A stretch of DNA of 61,419 nt from NCBI GenBank assembly GCA_964513315.1, contig CAZEMU010000001.1, positions 38,047 to 99,465 on the forward strand. Direction: 5' to 3'. Of this stretch, positions 1 to 7,718 are shown in pieces. Below the pieces are notes generated by a model. That model worked only from the letters and a program-made list of their open reading frames with translations. It was not told where the DNA came from and ran no database searches. The number at the start of each line of letters is the position of its first letter. The first letter of the stretch is position 1. A program made the position numbers and the translations under genes. Origin of the DNA: an uncultured Acidimicrobiaceae bacterium. Its GTDB lineage: Bacteria; Actinomycetota; Acidimicrobiia; Acidimicrobiales; UBA10347.

Positions 1-87
1 GTCGGAGACGGCGCCGCGGACGGTGATCGCACCGTCGCGCTGGTACTGCGCGACCTGCTCATCGGTGATGACTGGCCCCTCGCTCAC
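1..87 (-). CDS. 5' end of a gene that runs off the left edge; the N-terminus resembles phytanoyl-CoA dioxygenase (PhyH) family proteins
   Basis: My translation of the reverse strand from GTG at 87..85 gives (M)SEGPVITDEQVAQYQRDGAITVRGAVSD, preceded by GAGG. Only 29 codons are visible, so the family call is weak. Confidence 0.3.
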   Translation of the reverse strand, partial: MSEGPVITDEQVAQYQRDGAITVRGAVSD

Positions 88-147
88 GCCTCGAAAGGTA
101 GTCGCGATGCCGGCCGAGACACGAAGCTGCGAGGACCGTTCGCTTGT

Positions 148-1353
148 CTAGGTAAGGGCCTGGGCCAGGTCGTCCCAGAGGTCCTCGGTGTCTTCGAGGC
201 CGACCGACAAGCGGACCATGCCGTCGCCGATGCCGACGGTGGCACGGGCATCGGCGCCGATACGCCGATGCGTAGTCGTTGCCGGATGGGTGGCCAGGCT
301 CTTCGAGTCGCCGACGTTGTTCGAGATGTCGAAGAGCGACAGTCGATCCATGAACGCAAACGCCGAGGCCTTGTCGCCGACATCGACGGTCAACACGGTG
401 CCGCCAGCCGACATCTGCTGCTTGGCCAAGTCGTACTGCGGGTGGCTGGCGAGGTGGGGATAGCCAACGTTTGAGATGCCCGGGTGCTCCTGCAACCGGG
501 CGGCGAGTTCGAGTGCGCTTTGGGCCGCAGCGTCGACACGCAGACGCAAGGTCTCGAGACCCTTGGCCAGCGTCCACGCATTGAACGGGCTCAGGCTCGG
601 TCCCGTGTGGCGAGCGAACGGCATGAGGTAGTCGGCCTTGTACGCCTCGGTGCCAAGGACAGCTCCGCCGAGCACTCGTCCCTGTCCGTCGATGTGTTTC
701 GTCGCCGAGTACACGACGACATCGGCGCCGAGCTCAAGCGGCTTCTGCAACACGGGGCTTGCGAACACGTTGTCCACGATCACGATGGCGCCCGCAGCAT
801 GGGCCAGTTCGCTCACGGCGGCGAGGTCGATGATGTCGAGCCCGGGATTGGACGGCGTCTCGAGGAAGACGGCACGGGCCCCGTTGGCGAGTGCGGCTTC
901 CCATGCGTCGAGCGAGCGGCCGTCGACGAGTTCGGTTTCGACACCCCACCTCGGCAGGATTTCGGTCAGGACGACGTGGCAGGATCCGAAGAGCGCCCGC
1001 GAGCCCACGACCCGGTCACCGGCGCGAACCACCGACGCGAGCGAAGCGAAGACTGCGGCCATGCCGCTTGCTGTCGCCATACACGCTTCGGCACCTTCGA
1101 GCAGGCGGAGCCGCTCCTCGAACACCGAGACCGTCGGGTTGCCGTAGCGGCTGTAGATGTAGCGATCGTGCTCGCCGGCGAACGCGGCCTCGGCCTCGGC
1201 GGCGGAGCCGTAGACGTAGCCCGAGGTGAGATAGAGCGCTTCGGCGGTTTCGTCGAAGCCTGAGCGTTCGACACCGCCACGCACCAAGTTGGTTTGCTCC
1301 CGCCACGAGCCCGACCCGACTGGCTCGTCTACATGCATGTCGCTATGCACCAT
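148..1353 (-). CDS. metZ: O-succinylhomoserine sulfhydrylase / cystathionine gamma-synthase family PLP enzyme
   Basis: 401-aa ORF. Cys/Met-metabolism PLP family signatures are present: YSRYGNPTV, ASGMAAV, FLETPSNP, and SATKHIDGQGR containing the PLP lysine. It is the last gene of the sulfite-reductase operon. Confidence 0.8.
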   Translation of the reverse strand: MVHSDMHVDEPVGSGSWREQTNLVRGGVERSGFDETAEALYLTSGYVYGSAAEAEAAFAGEHDRYIYSRYGNPTVSVFEERLRLLEGAEACMATASGMAAVFASLASVVRAGDRVVGSRALFGSCHVVLTEILPRWGVETELVDGRSLDAWEAALANGARAVFLETPSNPGLDIIDLAAVSELAHAAGAIVIVDNVFASPVLQKPLELGADVVVYSATKHIDGQGRVLGGAVLGTEAYKADYLMPFARHTGPSLSPFNAWTLAKGLETLRLRVDAAAQSALELAARLQEHPGISNVGYPHLASHPQYDLAKQQMSAGGTVLTVDVGDKASAFAFMDRLSLFDISNNVGDSKSLATHPATTTHRRIGADARATVGIGDGMVRLSVGLEDTEDLWDDLAQALT

Positions 1354-1966
1354 CTCCGTCGTCCTGGCTCAGCGTCAGCACGGCATCTTCGATCACCTGT
1401 TGACCGGCCGCGTTCAACGGCAGTGTGCCCGCCGCCTCGACGCCCTCAGAACTCATTTTCCGCAGTGTCTTTGCGACAATCGTCACCATGTGATCGTGCT
1501 CGGTGCGCTCGACCATGGGCGCAAACTGGGTTTCGAGGAACACGAGACAGGCCACGTCCTCGAGCAGCTGGGTCTCGGCATCGGTGCGTAGGCGCGTGCG
1601 ACTGAGCAGCTGGCGCACACGGTCGATGCTGTCTGCTTGCCAGCCTGCTTCGGTCAGGATCGAGGCTGCGGACTCAGCCTGATGGGCCTTGTTGTCGCGG
1701 CGCCACTGGAGATAGCCGGCTCGGCCCTCGGGGTAGTCGGTGCGCGCCAGCTCCCAACGCCGCAGGTGGTGAGCCCGAGAAGCGACCTGGAGTTCGGCAG
1801 ACGCGTCGGGCGCAAGCCGCGCCAGCCACTCGGTCGCCAAGCGTCCCTGTATCTGAGCCAGCGGCCCCGAGGTGTCGGGACCAGCAGTCAGCAGGTTCGG
1901 GTCGCTCGCATTCGCCTCGTCGATCGCCGCGAACACATCGCCCAAGGATTGGGTCAGGTCGCGCAT
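1343..1966 (-). CDS. DUF4202-family protein of unknown function
   Basis: 207-aa ORF. It resembles DUF4202 proteins as I recall them (HHLRRWE..R.DYPEGRAGYLQWRR region). It overlaps sir by 13 nt and metZ by 11 nt. Confidence 0.55.
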   Translation of the reverse strand: MRDLTQSLGDVFAAIDEANASDPNLLTAGPDTSGPLAQIQGRLATEWLARLAPDASAELQVASRAHHLRRWELARTDYPEGRAGYLQWRRDNKAHQAESAASILTEAGWQADSIDRVRQLLSRTRLRTDAETQLLEDVACLVFLETQFAPMVERTEHDHMVTIVAKTLRKMSSEGVEAAGTLPLNAAGQQVIEDAVLTLSQDDGDGA

Positions 1967-3780
1967 TCGCTTTGCCCAACCTCGGCGACATACGGCCCGG
2001 TCTCGGCGTAGTCGATGTAGAAGTCAGGACGTTCCTCGGGGGTAGGGAACACGTCGAACTCCTTGAGACCCTTCGCAATCTCACGAGCGCCGCCGACACG
2101 ATCCATCCAGGTCCGGAACGCCTCGCCCGCGACCCGCTCGGCAACGAAGCGACGCAGCACTGCGGCCGCAGCGTGCGGCGCGCTCTTGGCTGGCAAACGT
2201 AGTGCCTTGTCGCCGAAGTGGATCTGCTGTTGTCCGACGTAGCCGCCGAGCAGCATCTGGTAGCCGGGAGCCGACTGACCGTGTGCGCGTCGCTCGATCC
2301 CGAAGAAGCCGATGTCGGCCACGTGATGCTGCCCACACGAGTTCATGCAGCCTGAGATGTTGATCCGCACGCCACCCACTTCGGCGAGGCCTTCTTCTTC
2401 GAGCGCTTCGCCGATCGCTTCGGCAAGACCGCGAGACTGAGTCACGGCGAGGCCACAGGTATCCGCACCGGGGCAGGACACGACATCGCGCGACAACTCG
2501 GCGCCAGGCTGGGCCATGTCGAGCGCGACAAGGCGTTCGTACAGGGTCGGCAACTGGTCATCGGTCAGGCCGCGGATGATGAAGTTCTGCCGGTTCGAAA
2601 CCCGAACCTCGACGCCGAACTCGCGAATGATTGAAGCCAGGCCACGGAACTGTTCGCCGGTGACATCGCCGAGCGCACACCATGCATAGGCCGACACGGT
2701 CGGCTTCGCGAGGCCACGAACGACGTTGGCGCGGTCCCACCGGGCGTACGGCGAGCTGCCACCGATGGCGACCGAGACGCCTTGTCCGACGGGGGTCGCC
2801 TGGACGGTCGCGTCGCGACCCGCTGGCTCGTCGCCGCGCTCGAGCACGATCTGGGGGATACCGCCCGGCCAAGTGGCCGAGGCAGGCAGCAGTCGTCGCT
2901 GATTGAGGATGCGCCGTTGCGTCTCTTCGAAGCCCAGTTCGTCGACGACCCACTTCATGCGGGCCCGCAGCTTGTTGTCGCGATTACCGGTCTGCTCGAA
3001 CACGCGCAGGATCGCTTCGACGGTCGGCAGAAGATCCTCACGAGCCGTGAAGTCCTCGAGCGCCAGCGCCGGGTGTGGCGAGGCGCCAAGGCCGCCTGCG
3101 ATGAACACTCGGAAACCGGCCTCGATGCGGCCATCGTCACGGGTACGGGTCACAGCGATCACACCCGCATCGTTGAACATCGCCTGACCACAGTCGGTCT
3201 CGCAGCCCGAGAAGTTGATCTTGAACTTGCGCGCCAGTCGCTGGCCGATGGGATTGCGCAGGAGGTACTCGTTGGTCGCCTCGGCCCAGGCGCTGATGTC
3301 GATGACCTCGAACGGGCAGGCGCCAGCCAAGTGGCAACCCTGCACGTTGCGGACGGTGTCGCCACACGCCTCGCGGCTCGTCATGCCAACCGCCCCGAGC
3401 TCTTCGAGGATCTCGGGGATCTGGCGAAGCTGCGCGTAGTGGAACTGAATGTTCTGACGCGTCGTGATGTGGCCCCAGCCGCGGCTGTACTGCTCGACAA
3501 CGCGACCGAGCGTGTCGAGCTGCTCGGCGCTGATGGCGCCGTAGGGGATACGGACGCGCACCATGTGGTTCTCGCCACCTTGGCGCTGGCCGTAGATCCC
3601 GTTGGTCAGGCGGAACACCCGGAAGACGTCTTCTTCGATGTCTCCGGCCAGGTAGCCGTCGAGCATGGTTTGGAACTTGTCGATGTCGGCCCGGATCGCG
3701 GGGTCGATCACCAGCTCGTCGCCCGGTTGGGGCAGGGTGAGGGGTTGGGTGCCGTCAGAGGTGATGGTGAGCGGGCTCAT
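1954..3780 (-). CDS. sir: Ferredoxin-dependent sulfite reductase (nitrite/sulfite reductase family, siroheme/4Fe-4S)
   Basis: 608-aa ORF with two NiR/SiR repeats and Cys cluster motifs (CPGADTCG, SGCMNSCGQHH). It is flanked by siroheme biosynthesis genes and metZ. Confidence 0.85.
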   Translation of the reverse strand: MSPLTITSDGTQPLTLPQPGDELVIDPAIRADIDKFQTMLDGYLAGDIEEDVFRVFRLTNGIYGQRQGGENHMVRVRIPYGAISAEQLDTLGRVVEQYSRGWGHITTRQNIQFHYAQLRQIPEILEELGAVGMTSREACGDTVRNVQGCHLAGACPFEVIDISAWAEATNEYLLRNPIGQRLARKFKINFSGCETDCGQAMFNDAGVIAVTRTRDDGRIEAGFRVFIAGGLGASPHPALALEDFTAREDLLPTVEAILRVFEQTGNRDNKLRARMKWVVDELGFEETQRRILNQRRLLPASATWPGGIPQIVLERGDEPAGRDATVQATPVGQGVSVAIGGSSPYARWDRANVVRGLAKPTVSAYAWCALGDVTGEQFRGLASIIREFGVEVRVSNRQNFIIRGLTDDQLPTLYERLVALDMAQPGAELSRDVVSCPGADTCGLAVTQSRGLAEAIGEALEEEGLAEVGGVRINISGCMNSCGQHHVADIGFFGIERRAHGQSAPGYQMLLGGYVGQQQIHFGDKALRLPAKSAPHAAAAVLRRFVAERVAGEAFRTWMDRVGGAREIAKGLKEFDVFPTPEERPDFYIDYAETGPYVAEVGQSECAT

Positions 3781-4550
3781 GCGAGGGTTCCTTCGAGGTC
3801 GGGGAATGAGGAGGCGGCAGAGAAGTCGATTGCGTTGGTTGATGGGAGAACGGGCTGGCCCGCTACGGCACCGATGACGATGACTGACGGGTTCGCGACG
3901 GGCTCGATGCCGAGCTCGTCGAGCTCGAGAGAGCGGACGTGCTGGCGCGGGGTGGTCGCTTCGGTGACGATCGCAACGGGGGTCGACCCGGCCATGCCAG
4001 CTTCGAGCAGCCGACCTCGGATCTTCTCGGCGCGTCGGGCGCCCATGAGCACCACGAGGGTTGTGCCGAGGTCGGCGAGGGCGTGCCAGTTGAGTCCGTC
4101 CGGCTTGGTCGGGTCTTCGTGCGCAGTCACCACGGTGAAGGCACTGGAAACGCCGCGGTGAGTCACGGGCACGCCAGCCATGGCGGGACCCGCGATCGAT
4201 GAGGTGATGCCGGGGACAACCTCGACCGCGATGCCTTCGCCGGCGAGCGCGATGGCTTCTTCACCGCCGCGTCCGAAGACGAAGGGGTCGCCACCTTTGA
4301 GTCGGACGACTGTGTTGTGACCGCGGCCGCGGTCGATCAGGATTTCGTTGATGCGCGCTTGCGTCGTGCGGCGACCGTTCGGGTCTTTGCCCACGTCGAC
4401 GAGCTCGGCCCAGGGGGCGGCCATCGCCAGTATTTCTGAGGAGACGAGGCGGTCATGGACAACCACGTCGGCGCTTCCAAGAAGACGTGCGGCTTTGAGG
4501 GTGAGGAGTTCGGGATCGCCAGGTCCTGCGCCGACGAGGTGCACGGTCAT
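3777..4550 (-). CDS. cobA: Uroporphyrinogen-III C-methyltransferase (SUMT)
   Basis: 257 aa. N-terminal VHLVGAGPGDPELLTLKA motif of tetrapyrrole methylases. ATGA overlaps with both neighbouring genes. Confidence 0.85.
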   Translation of the reverse strand: MTVHLVGAGPGDPELLTLKAARLLGSADVVVHDRLVSSEILAMAAPWAELVDVGKDPNGRRTTQARINEILIDRGRGHNTVVRLKGGDPFVFGRGGEEAIALAGEGIAVEVVPGITSSIAGPAMAGVPVTHRGVSSAFTVVTAHEDPTKPDGLNWHALADLGTTLVVLMGARRAEKIRGRLLEAGMAGSTPVAIVTEATTPRQHVRSLELDELGIEPVANPSVIVIGAVAGQPVLPSTNAIDFSAASSFPDLEGTLA

Positions 4551-5212
4551 GCGCTGACCTCTTCGAGCTGGCTGGCGTCCTCGAATCCGAGCGCATGGCG
4601 GAGGACAGCGCGGGCTTCGTCGACGCGTGCGTCGGCGATCAGGTCGAAGAGCCCGCGCTCCCCAGTGCCGTCGAGCGCTTCGTTCCAGCCGCGGATCTCG
4701 CTGGTTCCGAAGTGCGCTCGTGCTTCGGCACGCACCTCGGCCAGCAGATCCAACAGCTCGGTGTAGCGCTCGTCGAATTCGGCTTGGAACCGGCGCCGCA
4801 ACCAGCTCGCCATCGCCGGGCTACGACCATTGGTCGAGGCGGTGATGGTGAGGTCGCCGTTGCGGGCGACCGACGGCAGGATCCAGGCGCAGTTGTCAGG
4901 GTCGTCAGCAGAGTTGACCCAGATGCCCGCCGCTTCGCCCTCGACGTAGACCTGATGGTTGACGGCCGGGTCATCGGTGCAGGCGATCGCAAGTCGATAG
5001 TCGGCGACTTCGCCCTCTCGATACGGGCGCGCCTCGATCGTCACCGGCATATGCCGGAAATCTGGATGGACCCACGGGCCGACGACGGTGACGTCGGCCC
5101 CGGCGTCAACGAGCCCAGCGGCTTTGCGCAACGCAATGTTTCCCGCGCCAACAACGAGGCAAGGTCGCCCCTGCAAAAGGAGGTGGACGGGGTAGCTGTG
5201 GTGGGTCGTCAT
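4547..5212 (-). CDS. Precorrin-2 dehydrogenase / sirohydrochlorin ferrochelatase (CysG N-terminal / Met8-like)
   Basis: Rossmann motif VVGAGNIALRKAAGLVDAGADVTVV. The track ORF starts at a TTG (5239). I prefer ATG at 5212, which is preceded by GGAAAG. Confidence 0.7.
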   Translation of the reverse strand: MTTHHSYPVHLLLQGRPCLVVGAGNIALRKAAGLVDAGADVTVVGPWVHPDFRHMPVTIEARPYREGEVADYRLAIACTDDPAVNHQVYVEGEAAGIWVNSADDPDNCAWILPSVARNGDLTITASTNGRSPAMASWLRRRFQAEFDERYTELLDLLAEVRAEARAHFGTSEIRGWNEALDGTGERGLFDLIADARVDEARAVLRHALGFEDASQLEEVSA

Positions 5213-5247
5213 GGGTATCTTTCCAGTGAATCCCGACAAATCTGGTA

Positions 5248-5261
5248 AATCCGATCGGATT
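5248..5261. promoter_or_regulatory. Perfect 14-bp palindrome AATCCGATCGGATT in an AT-rich patch upstream of the siroheme/sulfite-reductase operon; candidate operator
   Basis: Read directly from the sequence. Related half-sites GAATCCCGAC (5229-5238) and AGTCGGAATT (5262-5271) flank it. It lies 36-49 nt upstream of the preferred ATG at 5212. Confidence 0.35.
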
Positions 5262-5382
5262 AGTCGGAATTAGGAAGATACGCACGCGTCAGGCCCAGGT
5301 CAACCCACCAGGACCGATTTCACATTTGCGTGCTCGCGATCGCGAGCCTCTTTTCGCTGAGCTGAGCTGCGCTGAGTTGGAC

Positions 5383-6294
5383 TCAGTTGAGCTGGCTGGT
5401 GAGTACCGCTCGCGTGCGGGCGATCTCATCGGGGTTGCCGCCCATAGGTACCGCCGTGAAGTCGGTCGCTCCGGACTGGGCGATCTCGCCGAGTCGTTCG
5501 GTCACCTCAGCCTCGCTGCCGACCAGCGAGAGATCCCCGAGGCCATGGAGCCCTTCGATGTCGAGCATGGCGCGATAGCTCGGCAGCTCGGCGTAGATCG
5601 AAAGAATCTGCGCGATGAAGTCGCGCGCCGGCTGCGGATCATCGGTGACCCAGACCGGAATCGAGCAGACGATCGAAGGCTGATTGCGTCCGGCAGCCTC
5701 GGCGGCGTCATTGAGAACAGGAGCGATGTGATCCTTGATCGTCTTCGGGCCAACGCACCACAGAATGGTGCCGTCGGTGCGTCGTCCGGCGAGCTTGAGC
5801 ATCTGCTCGCCGAGCGCCGCGACCATGACCTTGGGTCGCTCACCTTCGAAGTGGGGGATCTCGCTCTCGAGGCTCCAGAAGTGGCCGTCGTGTGATGCCT
5901 TGCCGTCTTCGATGAGCGGCTGCAGCACAGACAAGAAGTCCATCATCTGACGCACCGGCTTTTCCCACGTCATCTTCCAGCGATCGACCACCGCAGGTTC
6001 GTGTGACAAGCCGATGCCAAGAACGAGGCGGCCACCGATCGCGGCCTGGGTAGTCAGCGCCTGGCCTGCGAGCACGTACGGATGCACGGTCCAGGTCGGG
6101 ATCACGGCCGTGCCGAGCTCCATGGTCGAACCTGTGTTGCCATGCGCCGCCATCACGGTGAGCGCATCGACGCCACCCGTTTGGGCCAGCCACCACGACG
6201 AAAACCCGTCAGCCTCGGCCGCAGCGATGTCGCTTGTCATCGCTCCCAGATTGGGGTTCGCGAGCAGTCCTGAGCCATTGATTCCGATGCGCAT
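5383..6294 (-). CDS. LLM-class (luciferase-like) F420/flavin-dependent oxidoreductase
   Basis: 303 aa with typical LLM features (MRIGI..., GFSSWWLAQ, GRLVLGIGLSH). Confidence 0.7.
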   Translation of the reverse strand: MRIGINGSGLLANPNLGAMTSDIAAAEADGFSSWWLAQTGGVDALTVMAAHGNTGSTMELGTAVIPTWTVHPYVLAGQALTTQAAIGGRLVLGIGLSHEPAVVDRWKMTWEKPVRQMMDFLSVLQPLIEDGKASHDGHFWSLESEIPHFEGERPKVMVAALGEQMLKLAGRRTDGTILWCVGPKTIKDHIAPVLNDAAEAAGRNQPSIVCSIPVWVTDDPQPARDFIAQILSIYAELPSYRAMLDIEGLHGLGDLSLVGSEAEVTERLGEIAQSGATDFTAVPMGGNPDEIARTRAVLTSQLN

Positions 6295-6336
6295 CGCCTG
6301 AGCCTAGGTGCGGGTGCACGTGGGCTGGTGATCGGA

Positions 6337-7515
6337 CTAGTTCTCGTTGAGTTCTGCCGCGGTGATCGTGACGGGGAACTGTGCCCGATTGTTCGTCTCG
6401 TCGGACTCGAGCAGAACATTGTCGGGGTCGGCGATGATCTCGACCAAGTAGTCGCCCGGCGCAACTCCAGTGATATCGATCCACTGGTCAGGGAGTCCCG
6501 CACCGTAGTAGTCCGCCCATCCGGGGTTCAGCGCTTGCTGGGCGCCAGCCTGCTCACACACGGCATCAAGAAAGATGCCTTGGCCGCGGGTCTGGGCGCT
6601 CGGCGATGCGGCGAGCGCGTCAATGAGACAGAACGAGACCTTCTCGCCCGTTGCCACGACCTCACCCTCGAGGCCGAGCAATCGATAGTGCTCGAAGCCG
6701 TCGAGGTGGAAGTGGTCGTGGTCCTCGTGGAAGACGAAGGAACCGGTTCGTTGATCGACAAACCGGTTCTCGTCGGTCCAGAGGCGCTGCCACGTCGGGA
6801 TGCGCCCGTTCGTTGGCGCACGCTCCGGAATCATGTGCAGTGGACCAGCACCGAGATTTGCTGTTGCGGATGCAAATCGCAGCAGCGGTGTTCCGGGCAG
6901 GGTTGTCGTGTCGACTCGAGCTGATCGAGTTGCGATCGGCTGTGTAGGTGGTTGCCCGAAGTCTTCGACGAGCGGCACGAGGTCGGGGAGTTGTGCGTTG
7001 CCGCACTCGCTCGAACCGGCCAACAAGGCATCGAGTTCAGCCGCGCAACGCGTGGGTTGCAGAACTGGGATCTCCACATCGACATCGCCAGGTCGGGCGG
7101 GCCGACGCACCTGAACCTCGATGTCTTTGCCCGCAGGCCCTTCGACCGGAAACGTGATCTGCACGAACAGTTCCGCGGCTGCTGCGGCGTCCAGCTCGGG
7201 CACGTCGAGCACGAATCCACCCCGGTTGTCGGTCCTAACCTCGCTCGGGGACTGAAGAATCTGAGTCCCGAGGCCCAGGTGGGATACAAGCTTTTCCGCC
7301 GGCCGTTCCCCTGGGCCGATCGACTCATCTCCGTCATCGAACCATGCAACACCGGCCACGAGATCCGGGCTCGGGTCGATCTTGGGTGCCGCAGGAGAAT
7401 CGCTGGAACAGCTTGCAAATCCGCCAAGAACCAAGGCGGCGAGTACCGCAACTCTCGACCTCAACTTGAGGTTAACGAACCACGGATACCGGATTGGGCC
7501 GAATTGCTCACCCAT
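6337..7515 (-). CDS. Lysyl oxidase (LOX)-like copper amine oxidase, predicted lipoprotein
   Basis: 392 aa. N-terminal KLRSRVAVLAALVLGGFASC looks like a signal peptide plus lipobox. The C-terminal half aligns by eye to the animal LOX catalytic domain: LPDLVP; LLRFASATANLGAGPL; HEDHDHFH (HxHxH Cu site); GEKVSFCLIDA; NPGWADYYGAGLPDQWIDITGVAPGDY; ESDETNN. Confidence 0.75.
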   Translation of the reverse strand: MGEQFGPIRYPWFVNLKLRSRVAVLAALVLGGFASCSSDSPAAPKIDPSPDLVAGVAWFDDGDESIGPGERPAEKLVSHLGLGTQILQSPSEVRTDNRGGFVLDVPELDAAAAAELFVQITFPVEGPAGKDIEVQVRRPARPGDVDVEIPVLQPTRCAAELDALLAGSSECGNAQLPDLVPLVEDFGQPPTQPIATRSARVDTTTLPGTPLLRFASATANLGAGPLHMIPERAPTNGRIPTWQRLWTDENRFVDQRTGSFVFHEDHDHFHLDGFEHYRLLGLEGEVVATGEKVSFCLIDALAASPSAQTRGQGIFLDAVCEQAGAQQALNPGWADYYGAGLPDQWIDITGVAPGDYLVEIIADPDNVLLESDETNNRAQFPVTITAAELNEN

Positions 7516-7610
7516 GGATCCTCAGAGCTAGGTCGAACGAGCCGACAACTCCAGTGTCGTCTGACGGGTCGTAGGCCGTCGCCTGACTGCACGCATCCGG
7601 GGAGGAAGCA

Positions 7611-7718
7611 ATGAGAAACGAACCACAAAGAACTCGACGATCAACTGCTGTGGCAACGGTCGTCTCGGCCGTCCTCGTCTCGACTTTATTATTCATCTCA
7701 CCCCGTCCGGTTCAAGCC
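7611..7718 (+). other. Sec signal peptide of the giant protein
   Basis: MRNEPQRTRRSTAVATVVSAVLVSTLLFISPRPVQA/ANG has a basic n-region, a hydrophobic core and a VQA-A cleavage motif. Confidence 0.7.

Noticed and set aside
2782-4161. Other long antisense ORFs (2782-4161 +, 35054-36949 +, 52116-53507 -, 39723-40589 +, 32426-33610 +, 42225-42944 -)
   Set aside because: Each lies opposite a gene with strong family signatures and has the compositional look of high-GC antisense frames. None shows a recognisable motif.
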